A DNA stretch of 63,948 nt, the filler included, from Myxococcota bacterium (GTDB lineage: Bacteria > Myxococcota > Myxococcia > Myxococcales > Myxococcaceae), in assembly GCA_049322255.1 (NCBI GenBank). It is 3 parts of 3 records of this genome, joined end to end, with 100 filler letters (N's around TTAATTAATTAA, not from the genome) between each part and the next. Parts side by side here need not be neighbours in the genome. Positions count along the whole stretch, not along the records: positions 23,040 to 45,539 come from JBMORE010000069.1; 2 more parts are not named here. One strand, given 5' to 3'. The notes below the pieces were generated by a model. The model did no database searches. It saw only the letters and a program-made list of their open reading frames with translations, and was not told the origin of the DNA. Positions 23,096-32,456 of the stretch are shown one piece after another. The position numbers were made by a program, and so were the translations under genes. Every line of letters starts with the position of its first letter. Positions within the stretch are counted from its first letter, which is position 1.

Positions 23096-23722
23096 ATGCG
23101 CCGCTCGATGAGACGGTGGCCGAAGAAGATGCTGCTGGCGGTGGGGATGGCCGCTCTGGCCGTGGTGGCCAGCTCGCTCTTCGTCGCCCTGCGCTACCAG
23201 GGGCGCATTCACTCCAGGGAAAGCGCTCCGGCCGCTCCGGTGGCGCTGGTGTTCGGAGCGGGGCTGTCGGCGGCCAACGAGCCTTCGCCGGTGTTGGCCG
23301 AGCGCCTCGATGCCGCAGTGGCGCTCTACCGCGCGGGCAAGGTGAAGAAGCTGCTGGTCAGCGGCGACAACTCCGACCGCTGGCATGACGAGACGGGGGT
23401 GATGCGCCGGTACGCCGAAAAAAAAGGCGTTCCCCCCGAGGCGATGGAGGGCGACGCCGCCGGGTTGTCCACCTACGACAGCTGCCTGCGGGCCCGCGAC
23501 GAGTTTGGGGTGCGCCAGGCGCTCTTGGTGACGCAGGACTTCCACCTGCCCCGGGCGCTCTTCATCGCCAACTCGCTGGGCATCGACGCTCACGGGGTGC
23601 GGGCCGATGCGGGAAACGGGGTGAGCTGGGCCTACGAGTGGCGCGAGCTGTTCGGGCGAGCCCTGGCCCTGGTGATGGTGGTGGTGGAGCCCCCGCCTCG
23701 GGTGCGCGGGCGCCTGCCCTAA
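23096..23722 (+). CDS. SanA/YdcF (DUF218) family protein
   Basis: N-terminal TM, ALVFGAG, LLVSGDN, DAAGLSTYDSC, VTQDFHLPRA, REL. Confidence 0.92.
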   Translation: MRRSMRRWPKKMLLAVGMAALAVVASSLFVALRYQGRIHSRESAPAAPVALVFGAGLSAANEPSPVLAERLDAAVALYRAGKVKKLLVSGDNSDRWHDETGVMRRYAEKKGVPPEAMEGDAAGLSTYDSCLRARDEFGVRQALLVTQDFHLPRALFIANSLGIDAHGVRADAGNGVSWAYEWRELFGRALALVMVVVEPPPRVRGRLP

Positions 23723-23782
23723 AAGACGCGATTGCTTCTCCACCTGATGGTCAACACCTTCCCGGTGGAGACGAAAGTCGTC

Positions 23783-24151
23783 ATGAACGAGCGCAAGGCC
23801 GCCCGGAAGGCACACGGGCGATGGGGCGATGAGAAGGAAAAGGAGCTCACCGGCTTCGACGCCGAGCCAGGCGAGGCCGACTTCGGCTCGGCGGGGAACG
23901 GGGCCTCGCTCGACGGAGCCGACCTCGCCGGCGGGGTACGCGAGCTCGAGGAGGAGCCGGGCGCGGACGACATTCTCCCCGACCAGCTGGGTTACTTCGC
24001 CGAGCCACCGAGGGAGGAGCCGCTCACCGCCCAGCCGAACGAGCGTCCGCGTCGCGAGGAGCCCGGCCCTTCCAACGAGCACCACGAAGACGAGCGCCCT
24101 TCGCTCTCCACCGTCCAGTCGCAGCTGCCCAAGGGTTTTCCCAACCTCTGA
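23783..24151 (+). CDS. Hypothetical acidic, probably disordered protein
   Basis: 122-aa E/D/P-rich ORF with plausible codon usage. Confidence 0.55.
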   Translation: MNERKAARKAHGRWGDEKEKELTGFDAEPGEADFGSAGNGASLDGADLAGGVRELEEEPGADDILPDQLGYFAEPPREEPLTAQPNERPRREEPGPSNEHHEDERPSLSTVQSQLPKGFPNL

Positions 24152-24214
24152 CCCTTCAAAAGTGAGTTGACGCCGGCCTCACCTTCGCGCGATGGGGCAC
24201 GCACGGAGGTTTTC

Positions 24215-26305
24215 ATGCTCGCCATGCTCGCCCTTTCCGCTCTCGCCACCACGCCCGCTCCCGACGGCTTCCTCAAGGAGCGCTTCGGCAACCACGCCAT
24301 CGCCCAGCTACACGCCGAAGGAGCGGCGAAGCTTTCCACCGCCGACAAACGCGTCGCCTGGTACCTCACCTTGGCCGCCCACGCCGGGGAGCCGATTCAG
24401 TACGACCAGCTGGGGTGGAACCTGGTGGCCGCCAAGCGGCTCTTGGAAAACGTCTACGTCTTCGGCCGCAGCGAAAGCCCCTCGTTCGACCAGAAGCTCG
24501 CCGACTATTTGAAGCGCTTCTACGGGCACCTGGGCAACCACGACCACGTCACAGGGCAGAAGTTCGTGCCCGGTTTCTCCTTCGACGAGCTGGCCAAGGC
24601 CGCCCAGCGCGCCTTCCAGGCCGGGGCGCCGATGGGAGTAAAAGACGAGGCCGCGCTCGCCGCCCACCTCTCCGAGCTGCGACCCACCCTCTTCGACGCG
24701 GCCTTCGAGCCGCTGCTCACCGCCAAGTCGCCGCCCGCGGGGCAAGACATCGTCACCGCCTCGGCCAATACCTGCTACGGCAAGGGCGTCACCTTGAAAG
24801 ACCTCGAGTCCTTCCCGGAGAAAAACGCGCTCAACTCGCGGGTGGTGAAGGTGGACGGAGCGCTTGGGGAGCAAGTCTTCCGTGCCGGCACTCCGGACAA
24901 GAAGGTGCCTCCGGGGCTGTACGCCGAAGAGCTGGGCCGGGTCATCGCCCACCTGGGCGAAGCAGCCAAGCACGCCAAGAAGGACCAACGGGCCGCTTTG
25001 CGCAAGCTCGTCCGCTACTTCCAGACCGGCAACCTCAAAGACTGGGACGCGTTCAACATCGCCTGGCTCGAGGCCGACCCGGTGGTGGACGCCAACGTGG
25101 GCTTCATCGAATCCTACGTCGACGCCCGCGGGCAAAAAGGCCAGTGGGAGGCCCTCGTCAACTACAAGGACGTGGCGGAAAACCAGGTGATGGAGCTCAT
25201 CGGCGCCAAGGTGCAGTACTTCGAGGACAAGCTGCCCTGGCCCGACGTCTACAAACGCAAGAAGGTGAAAAAGCCGGTGGCCAAGGCCATCAACTTGGTG
25301 ACCGCCTACCCCAGCCCCCCGGCAGGCATCAACCTGCCCAACGAGCAGCACATCCGCGAGAAGTACGGCAGCAAGTCGGTGATGGTGTCCAACACCATGG
25401 AGGCCGCCGCGGCCATCAAGCGGCTGCCCTTGGCGCTCGAATTCGCCCCCACGCCTGAGGACAAGGCGCACGCCCAGAAGTACTCCACCACCGCGCGCAA
25501 GTGGTTGGTGGCCTTCCACGAAGTGGCCGGGCACGCCTCGGGGCAGGTGGACAAAAAGCTCAAGGGCGACCCTTCGAAGTACCTCCAGGAGTTCGACAAC
25601 ACCCTGGAGGAGGCCCGCGCCGACTTGGTGGCGCTGTGGCACGCCTTCGACCCGGCGCTCAAAGTCCTCCACCCCGAAGCCGAGGAAGTGGCCAAGCAGA
25701 TGTACCGCGACTTCCTCGTCGAGGGTGTCACCAACTTGCACCGGGTGGAGTCGGGCAGCTCCTTCGAGGAAGACCACCAGCGCGGCCACTGGATGACGGT
25801 GAGCTACCTGGCAGAAAAAGGCGGCGCCCGCTGGCTCACCGAAGGAGGCAAGACCTACCTGGTCCCCACCGAGTACCCGAAGATGCGCGCGGTGGTGGGC
25901 GAGTTGCTCTCCAAGCTGATGGTCATCAAGGCCACCGGCGACTACGCGGGCATCAAGGCGTTGGTGGAGGAGAAGGGCATTCGCTTCGACCCCAAGCTGC
26001 GCGACGAAGTGGCCGCGCGGGTGAAGGCCGCCAACGTCCCCACGGTGACGCTGATGGCCAGCCCGCAGCTGGTGCCGGTTTTGGACAAGAAGGGCAGCCT
26101 CGCCGACGTCAGAATGGAGCACGAGCAGGACTTCATCGAGCAGCACCTGGAGCGCAGCTTGCTCGGAGAGCTCTCCCCTGCGGAGGCGACCCGGCTGGCG
26201 GCGGAGATGAACGGCACCAGCGAGGGCTTGTGGAAGGCATTGCGCGGGCGGGCCATCGTGCGCGAGGGCGGCGCCAGCCCGGAGACGAAGAAGACGGCAC
26301 CGTAG
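24215..26305 (+). CDS. M49-family dipeptidyl peptidase III, probably exported
   Basis: GFIESY.D..G, GINLPN, HEVAGH (HEXXGH), EEARAD, EDHQR; hydrophobic N-terminus; GGAGG RBS. Confidence 0.92.
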   Translation: MLAMLALSALATTPAPDGFLKERFGNHAIAQLHAEGAAKLSTADKRVAWYLTLAAHAGEPIQYDQLGWNLVAAKRLLENVYVFGRSESPSFDQKLADYLKRFYGHLGNHDHVTGQKFVPGFSFDELAKAAQRAFQAGAPMGVKDEAALAAHLSELRPTLFDAAFEPLLTAKSPPAGQDIVTASANTCYGKGVTLKDLESFPEKNALNSRVVKVDGALGEQVFRAGTPDKKVPPGLYAEELGRVIAHLGEAAKHAKKDQRAALRKLVRYFQTGNLKDWDAFNIAWLEADPVVDANVGFIESYVDARGQKGQWEALVNYKDVAENQVMELIGAKVQYFEDKLPWPDVYKRKKVKKPVAKAINLVTAYPSPPAGINLPNEQHIREKYGSKSVMVSNTMEAAAAIKRLPLALEFAPTPEDKAHAQKYSTTARKWLVAFHEVAGHASGQVDKKLKGDPSKYLQEFDNTLEEARADLVALWHAFDPALKVLHPEAEEVAKQMYRDFLVEGVTNLHRVESGSSFEEDHQRGHWMTVSYLAEKGGARWLTEGGKTYLVPTEYPKMRAVVGELLSKLMVIKATGDYAGIKALVEEKGIRFDPKLRDEVAARVKAANVPTVTLMASPQLVPVLDKKGSLADVRMEHEQDFIEQHLERSLLGELSPAEATRLAAEMNGTSEGLWKALRGRAIVREGGASPETKKTAP

Positions 26306-26338
26306 CCGTGAGTCTCACCCGGTGGCGGGGCGAGTCGG

Positions 26339-27841
26339 TCACCGGGGCTCGATGTCAAAGCGGCGGCAGTAGGCAAGCACCGCCGAGCGTTCCAGCGCGC
26401 TCACCTTGGAGAAGTTTGCATTGGCCTCCACCAACGACTTCTTCCCGCACGCCGCGCGGGTGACGAGCGCGTAGGCGCGAGAGAGGGCGGCCGGAGCCCC
26501 TGTCTGGCCGAGCTCTCGCAGCGCGTTCTTCGCCAGGCGCGCCGCCTCGTCGAAGTCCTCCGCCGCCAGCGCCTGCTCCGCGGGGGCGAGAAGCTCTTTC
26601 AACTTCGCTTCTTGGGCCGCAGTGAGCCGAACCACGGCCGGCACGGGCGGAGGCGGTTTGGTGGGCGTCGTGGGAGCCGGTGGATTGGGCGGCGGCATCA
26701 CCATCGGAGGAGAAGGCGGCGGCGGCAGGCTTCGCGGACGGAGGTACCAACCTCCCGCGGCGAGAATCACCGCGGCCAGCATCGCCGGCCAAAACCAACT
26801 CCGTGGCTTGGGGGGGCTCGCAAGAAGAACAGGGCTGTTCTGCACCACGGGTACGAGCGGGGTGACATGCTTCTGGGACTCCATCGTCTTCCCGAGAAGA
26901 AACGACTCGGTGGTGGCTTGGTGAGGCACCGCGACGCCTCCCTCGGGGCTGGCCCGCTGAAAACCCGTCAGCGGCGCGCCGGTCAGGTCGGCGACGAAGG
27001 CTCTCACGTCCGGGTAGCGCCTGCTGGGGTCCTTTTCCAGCGCCTTCTCCACGGCCTGGAGAACGTTGGGCGGCAGTCCAGGAGCGATGGTCGAAAGCGG
27101 CAGGTGCGGCTCATAGACGACGCGAAAGAGCACCTGGGCGATGCTCGGCGCGGCGAAGGCCGGCTCTCCCCCGAGCATCTCGTAGACGATGGCTCCCAGG
27201 GCGAAGACGTCGGTGCGCTGGTCTACCTCGCTGTTCTTCCCTTGCGCCTGCTCGGGAGACATGTAGCGGGGAGTACCCACCAGCACCTGCTCCTGAGTCT
27301 TCACCGTCTGCGAGCCCTGGACTTTGGAGATGCCGAAGTCGAGCAGCTTCACCTGTTCGGGGGCGCCCGATTCGGGACCGGCGGGGACGAGGAAGATGTT
27401 GTCCGGCTTCAAGTCGCGGTGGACGATGCCCTCTCGATGTACGGCGTCGAGCGCCGAGGCCGCCTGGCGGGCGATGCGCAGCGCCTCCTCCAGCGGCAGC
27501 GGTCCCCGTTGGAGCCGTTGCGCCAGACTCTCCCCCACCAAGTACTCCAGCACCAGGTAGGGGGTGCCGCTGGGCAGGGTGTTGAAGTCGTGGACCTCGA
27601 CGATGTTGGGGTGGCCGATGCGGGTGGCGACCTCCGCCTCGCGGCGAAAGCGCGTCAAGGAGTCGGGATCGGGTTGACCGCCCAGGTGCAACACCTTCAC
27701 CGCCACTTGCTTGCCGGGAAGGCGCAGGTGCCGCGCGGAGAAGACCGTCCCCATTCCCCCGCTTCCGAGAACTCCGGTCACCTCGTACATGCCACCAAGG
27801 ACGGTGCCGAGCTGAACTTCGTGGGCGGGTAGCTCGCTCAT
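26339..27841 (-). CDS. Membrane-anchored Ser/Thr protein kinase
   Basis: GSGGMG, VAVK, HRDLKPDN, DFG, GTPRYMSPEQ, TM helix, Pro-rich linker, helical extracytoplasmic tail. Confidence 0.96.
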   Translation of the reverse strand: MSELPAHEVQLGTVLGGMYEVTGVLGSGGMGTVFSARHLRLPGKQVAVKVLHLGGQPDPDSLTRFRREAEVATRIGHPNIVEVHDFNTLPSGTPYLVLEYLVGESLAQRLQRGPLPLEEALRIARQAASALDAVHREGIVHRDLKPDNIFLVPAGPESGAPEQVKLLDFGISKVQGSQTVKTQEQVLVGTPRYMSPEQAQGKNSEVDQRTDVFALGAIVYEMLGGEPAFAAPSIAQVLFRVVYEPHLPLSTIAPGLPPNVLQAVEKALEKDPSRRYPDVRAFVADLTGAPLTGFQRASPEGGVAVPHQATTESFLLGKTMESQKHVTPLVPVVQNSPVLLASPPKPRSWFWPAMLAAVILAAGGWYLRPRSLPPPPSPPMVMPPPNPPAPTTPTKPPPPVPAVVRLTAAQEAKLKELLAPAEQALAAEDFDEAARLAKNALRELGQTGAPAALSRAYALVTRAACGKKSLVEANANFSKVSALERSAVLAYCRRFDIEPR

Positions 27842-27930
27842 CGGTCGCGACTATAGTGCCCAGGCCAGGCGAACCGAATGACCGACGTCACGCTGGCTCT
27901 GCTAGTCTCGTCATCAGCCAAGGAGGACTT

Positions 27931-28221
27931 ATGGCAGGCGGCAACATGCGAGTGCAGAAACACTCCGTTGGTGCGCTCGGGATGTCCAACCAGACCGAAA
28001 CCATCGACGCGCACTCGAAAAAGGCTGGCACCTTCAGCGAGTCGCGAACGGTGAATGGCAAGCCGGTGTGGCTGACGGCGGAGGGCGCCAGGGCGTATGA
28101 CTCGCTGCGCGCGGCGGGCTTCGGGTTCGAGGCGCAGGCGGATCCGGGAGCCATTCGTCGAATGCTGCTCGGAGACTTCGTCGGCCCCCAAGGTGAGCAG
28201 CACCAAGGCACGGTCAAGTAG
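27931..28221 (+). CDS. Hypothetical small protein (96 aa)
   Basis: Strong AAGGAGG RBS before ATG 27931; first of three closely packed ORFs. Confidence 0.7.
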   Translation: MAGGNMRVQKHSVGALGMSNQTETIDAHSKKAGTFSESRTVNGKPVWLTAEGARAYDSLRAAGFGFEAQADPGAIRRMLLGDFVGPQGEQHQGTVK

Positions 28222-28224
28222 CCG

Positions 28225-28527
28225 ATGGGAATCCTCGCCACGCAGGAGCCGGGTGTCCTCCTTGCCGCGGTGGTGGACGCGCGGTCGAAGACGTTCGCCA
28301 AAGAGGTTCAGGCGATCGAAGCGAAACTCCGCGCGCTCCAGAAGTCGCTGGGGGTCCCCGGCTTTCTCACCGCCTTCAAGCGTGAGGGCAGCAAGCTCCA
28401 GCTGAAGGTGCTTGCCGCGTCGGCGGTGGCCAGCCCCCGCCCGGCGTCAGGGTGGACACCCAAGGCCCAGTCGGCGCGTCAGGTGGGCACCGAAATCAAG
28501 GAGCAGCTCGGCTGGGGAAAGCGGTAG
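28225..28527 (+). CDS. Hypothetical small basic protein (100 aa)
   Basis: 3-bp spacing to both neighbours, identical TAGCCGATG junctions. Confidence 0.65.
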   Translation: MGILATQEPGVLLAAVVDARSKTFAKEVQAIEAKLRALQKSLGVPGFLTAFKREGSKLQLKVLAASAVASPRPASGWTPKAQSARQVGTEIKEQLGWGKR

Positions 28528-28530
28528 CCG

Positions 28531-29304
28531 ATGCGAATCGAACGACTGCTCTTCCTTGCCTGGCTCGTTGCCTCCTCTCACTCCATCGGTGCGCCCCGCG
28601 TCGAGCCGAAGGAGAAGGTCGACATCGCTGCGATGAAGGAGAAGCTGAAAGTGCTGGAAGACGGCAAGGGCCACGTCATCGTCGTCGAGCCCTTCGGGGC
28701 CAGCGGCGCCCTCTTCTGGGGCGACGGCAAGACGATGTACGAGCAGCGCGTCCTCGGAGGCGGCGCGGTGGGAGAGGAGAGCTTCAGCCGCAACTTCTGG
28801 GAGCCTCGGGTGGAGCGGCGCGCCCAGGCGGAGCTCTCCTTCCGCGAGGGCAAATACACGGTGGACTGTGAAAGCCGCCAGACCGAATTCAAGCCGGCCG
28901 CCGAGAACAGGGCCGCAGAGGTGCTCGACCGGGCGGTGTTCTTGAAACCGCGCTGGAAACGCATCGCCTACGCGCTGGCGAGGGACAACGCCGGCAACTA
29001 CTACTACGTCGACCGCGCCCGCGAGACGGAAAGGGTGGAGGACTTCCGGCTCTTCATCGGCCCGCGCGGGCGCCTCAAGCAGCAGCAGATGGTGAACATC
29101 GTCAGCGACTCCGCGGGCGACATCTTCGCCTCCAAGAAAGGGGAGCTGCGGCTGGTGCTGGACCGCAAGGAGAGCTTGTGGATCAGCGGCAAGAAAACGC
29201 TCACCCTCACCGCGCTGCCGGTGGAGGACAACGTGAAGCTCATCTACACCGGCTTAGGAGTGTACGAGCGGGAGAAGCTGGGCACGCCTTGCGACGAGCT
29301 TTGA
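28531..29304 (+). CDS. Hypothetical exported protein, myxobacterial type
   Basis: Signal peptide; beta-rich; two Cys; C-terminal LGTPCDEL. Confidence 0.8.
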   Translation: MRIERLLFLAWLVASSHSIGAPRVEPKEKVDIAAMKEKLKVLEDGKGHVIVVEPFGASGALFWGDGKTMYEQRVLGGGAVGEESFSRNFWEPRVERRAQAELSFREGKYTVDCESRQTEFKPAAENRAAEVLDRAVFLKPRWKRIAYALARDNAGNYYYVDRARETERVEDFRLFIGPRGRLKQQQMVNIVSDSAGDIFASKKGELRLVLDRKESLWISGKKTLTLTALPVEDNVKLIYTGLGVYEREKLGTPCDEL

Positions 29305-29320
29305 ACCGGTCGAATTTTTT

Positions 29321-30145
29321 TTAGGCCTTGCGACCCACCTTGCCCTTGGTGGTGCCGCCGCCGGCGCTGGCGTACATGTTGTTGTTCACGATGCCGGCGA
29401 TGCGGTTCTTGACGCTCGTCACCAACTGCACATCCCCGGTTTCTTCCGCCTTCTTGGTGAGGGCGGTCATCTTCGCCAGCGCCTCGGAGGGGTTGCCCGA
29501 GGTGTAGAGCTTTTCCGCCTCATCGAGGGTGGCCTCGAACGGTGCCCACTCTTTTGCCGTGCGCGCCCTGTCCAACACGCGCTGGAGCTCGTACACGATG
29601 TCCTGCGTCACTGGGCCGGCCCCCTGACTTTGGACTTGGGCGATGGTGCTCTCGAGAAGAGCGATGGCTTGGTCGATGTCTTTTCCGGCCATCATCATCT
29701 TCGCCTTTTCCAGCGATGGCTTCACCGGCACCCACGCTTTGGCGCGCTCCAGGTCTCGAGGCGTCGGGACGTAGAAACCGTTTTGATAGTCGACGAGGGC
29801 GGCGGCGACTGGGTGGGCGCGGGCGGCGGCCTCGGCCTCGTCGCTGTCGAGGTAGCCGTTTCCGCGCCCCGTCCAGGGAAGCTTTTCCCACGGATAGCGG
29901 GGAGCAGCGGCTGCGTCGATCGCCCCTTTGGCCTCCTCGAACGCGTCCTTCAGCTCGTGGAGGCTGACGGTGGCCCGTCCCTTGGCCACGGTCTCCACCA
30001 GCCCCTTGAGCTCGCCGGGGACTTTGGCGACGGCGACCGTCTCTCCTTGGGTTTTCTTCAACGTGTCCAGCGCCCGATCGGCGATTCTCTTGATGTCCCC
30101 GAGGGGGTAGCCCGTCAGCGCATAGCTCTTGTTCATCGTCGGCAT
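29321..30145 (-). CDS. Hypothetical helical protein with two internal repeats and an EF-hand-like loop
   Basis: Host-like codon usage; GRGNGYLDSDE loop; RAKAWVP.../RTAKEWAP... repeats. Confidence 0.75.
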   Translation of the reverse strand: MPTMNKSYALTGYPLGDIKRIADRALDTLKKTQGETVAVAKVPGELKGLVETVAKGRATVSLHELKDAFEEAKGAIDAAAAPRYPWEKLPWTGRGNGYLDSDEAEAAARAHPVAAALVDYQNGFYVPTPRDLERAKAWVPVKPSLEKAKMMMAGKDIDQAIALLESTIAQVQSQGAGPVTQDIVYELQRVLDRARTAKEWAPFEATLDEAEKLYTSGNPSEALAKMTALTKKAEETGDVQLVTSVKNRIAGIVNNNMYASAGGGTTKGKVGRKA

Positions 30146-30155
30146 AGAAAGAAGC

Positions 30156-31091
30156 CTACTCGACGGTGAAAGGTCGATCGAGCGAGGGCGAGCCAAAAAC
30201 TTTGTGGTGATTTCGTCTCGCCAGCTCGGCCACATGGAGCAGGCGCGTGACGGAGAGCCCGCGCGCTTGGACCATCGCCTCCAGCTCGCTCGGGTTCTTG
30301 GGAAACAGCCCGGTCACCGACGGCACGCAGTGCTCGCGCAGCACATCCACCAAAGGACCCAAGGCGGAGTAGTCGATTCCCAGCTCGCTCTCCGCAAGCT
30401 GCCCCTCGAAGTAACCGGGGCTGGCGGGCCGTTGTGCGAACCGCTCCGCCAGCCCGGCGTCGATAGGCGTCAGCGCCAGCCGCAACAGTTGGCGCACCTC
30501 GTCTTTGTGGAGCCCGGTGATGGGAAACAGGTCGGCGGTGCTCCCCTTGGTGCCGTAGCCGACATACGCCTCATCCAAGTCGCCGGTACCCACCACCAAC
30601 AGCCCATGCCGGTTGGCCTCCAGGTACAAAAGCGTGTGCCGCAGGCGCGAGGCGAGGTTGCCGCGCAAAAGCGGGTCGGCCTCTTCGAACGTCACGCCGC
30701 CCAGCGAAAAGAGAGCCCGGGCCGCGGGCCGAAGGTCGAGCACGCGATGGGAGAGGCGGAGCACCCGGCAAAGCTCCACGGCGTCCTCCTGGTCCTTCGG
30801 CGGTGAGCCGCACGGCATCGAGTAGGCGATGATGTTTTCCACCCCGGAGCGGGCGAGCAAGACGGCCACCAGCGACGAGTCCACGCCGCCGCTCAACCCA
30901 AAGACGCAGCCCTGAGCGCCAATCGCCTTCACCTGAGCGGCCAACCACTTCGCGATGAGCTCCAAGGCACGCTCGTCGGTGCGGCAAGTCAGCTGGCGCC
31001 ATTGGTGCTCGAGCGCTCTGGCTTCGGCGAGTCGCTTCTCCGCTTGCTGCTTGCGGCGCAAAAGCTCGTTGAACAAATCCGGTTCGGGCAT
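30156..31091 (-). CDS. nadE: NH3-dependent NAD+ synthetase (no glutaminase domain)
   Basis: [51 protein letters not shown]. Confidence 0.82.
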   Translation of the reverse strand: MPEPDLFNELLRRKQQAEKRLAEARALEHQWRQLTCRTDERALELIAKWLAAQVKAIGAQGCVFGLSGGVDSSLVAVLLARSGVENIIAYSMPCGSPPKDQEDAVELCRVLRLSHRVLDLRPAARALFSLGGVTFEEADPLLRGNLASRLRHTLLYLEANRHGLLVVGTGDLDEAYVGYGTKGSTADLFPITGLHKDEVRQLLRLALTPIDAGLAERFAQRPASPGYFEGQLAESELGIDYSALGPLVDVLREHCVPSVTGLFPKNPSELEAMVQARGLSVTRLLHVAELARRNHHKVFGSPSLDRPFTVE

Positions 31092-31106
31092 TGTGCTGAA
31101 GCCTAG

Positions 31107-31856
31107 ATGACAATTCACCGGACTGCCGAGCGCGGCTTCTCCTTGGGCGCTGGCGCCTACGAGCGCAGCCGGCCGGACTACCCTCCACGAGCCGTCACGT
31201 TCCTCGCGCAGGTGCTCGAGCTGTCCGCGGGGCACACGGTGGTGGATCTGGCCGCGGGGACAGGGAAGTGGACGGAGCAGCTGGCGCCGCTGGGTGCCAA
31301 GCTCATCGCCGTCGAGCCGCTCTCTGCGATGCGCGCGCACCTTGCCACCACCGTGCCCTCAGCGCAGGTGCTGGGGGGAACGGCAGAGGCTCTGCCGTTG
31401 GCTCACGGGTCAGTCGATGCGGTGCTGGTCGCCCAGGCGTTTCACTGGTTCGACGCCGAGAAGGCCGCGCGGGAGATTCATCGGGTGCTGCGCCCCGGCG
31501 GCGGCTTGGGCCTGGTGTGGAACGTGCGGGACGAAGCGGTGCCCTGGGTGGCGACGTTGAACGAGCTTCTGTCTCCGTACCAAGAAGGCACGCCGCACTT
31601 CGGCACCGGAGCATGGCGTGCGCCCTTCGAGAGAGGCGAGCTCTTCGAGCCGCTGCAGTCACGTCAATTCGCCCACGAGCAGACGCTCGACGCCGACGCC
31701 TTGTGCACGAGGCTGGCGTCCATCAGCTTCATCGCCGTCCTGCCTGAAGCGAAGCGCACCGCCGTCCTGGATAAGGCGCGGGCGCTGGTGGCCGACATGC
31801 CGCGCTCCTTCACCCTGCCTTACGTCACCGAAGTGCGCTGGACTCGACGGCGCTGA
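31107..31856 (+). CDS. Class I SAM-dependent methyltransferase
   Basis: YERSRPDYP, VDLAAGTGK, VEP, GTAE.LPL, AQAFHWFD. Confidence 0.93.
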   Translation: MTIHRTAERGFSLGAGAYERSRPDYPPRAVTFLAQVLELSAGHTVVDLAAGTGKWTEQLAPLGAKLIAVEPLSAMRAHLATTVPSAQVLGGTAEALPLAHGSVDAVLVAQAFHWFDAEKAAREIHRVLRPGGGLGLVWNVRDEAVPWVATLNELLSPYQEGTPHFGTGAWRAPFERGELFEPLQSRQFAHEQTLDADALCTRLASISFIAVLPEAKRTAVLDKARALVADMPRSFTLPYVTEVRWTRRR

Positions 31857-31863
31857 GTAAACC

Positions 31864-31891
31864 TGAGCCGTTTTCTCCTCTTCCGTCCACT
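31864..31891 (+). promoter_or_regulatory. Putative autoregulatory ECF sigma promoter
   Basis: TGAGCCG-N17-CACT ending 10 bp before the sigma ATG; same motif and spacing at 34485-34512. Confidence 0.65.
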
Positions 31892-31901
31892 GAAGAGAAC
31901 A

Positions 31902-32456
31902 ATGAAGCCCTCCCACCCCGCCCTGCGCGTCGTTGCTCCGATGGGCTCGGAGAAAGCGCCGTTCGAGCCGGGTCGGCTGGACACGGTTTTCCGCTATCAC
32001 GCCAGCTACGTCGCGGCGGTGGCGTTCAAGCTGCTTGGCCGTGACGACGAGGTCGACGACGTGGTGCAGGAGGTTTTCCTCGCGGCGACCCAGGGTCTTC
32101 GACAGCTCCGCGAGCCGGAGGCGATCAAGGGGTGGCTGGCGACGGTCACCGTCCGCGTGGCGCGCAGACACCTGCGCAAGCGCAAATTCCTCTCGTTCTT
32201 CGGAGCTTCGGAGAAGCCAGCCCCCGCGGAGCTGATTTCTTCCGACGCAAGCCCACATGACCGCGCGCTGCTCAGCCGCATCTTCAGCGTGCTCGAGGAG
32301 CTGCCGGTGCAGGCGCGAATCGCTTGGACCCTGCGACACGTCGAAGGTGAACGCCTCGAAGCGGTTGCCCGGCTTTGTGGCTGCTCTCTCGCCACCGCCA
32401 AGCGACGAATCGCGGCGGCCCATGAAGTCATAGAAAGGCTGCTCTCCGATGGATGA
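31902..32456 (+). CDS. ECF RNA polymerase sigma factor
   Basis: Region 2 DDVVQEVFL...GWL; region 4 LEELP...VEG..LEAVA.LCGCSLATAKRRI. Confidence 0.93.
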   Translation: MKPSHPALRVVAPMGSEKAPFEPGRLDTVFRYHASYVAAVAFKLLGRDDEVDDVVQEVFLAATQGLRQLREPEAIKGWLATVTVRVARRHLRKRKFLSFFGASEKPAPAELISSDASPHDRALLSRIFSVLEELPVQARIAWTLRHVEGERLEAVARLCGCSLATAKRRIAAAHEVIERLLSDG

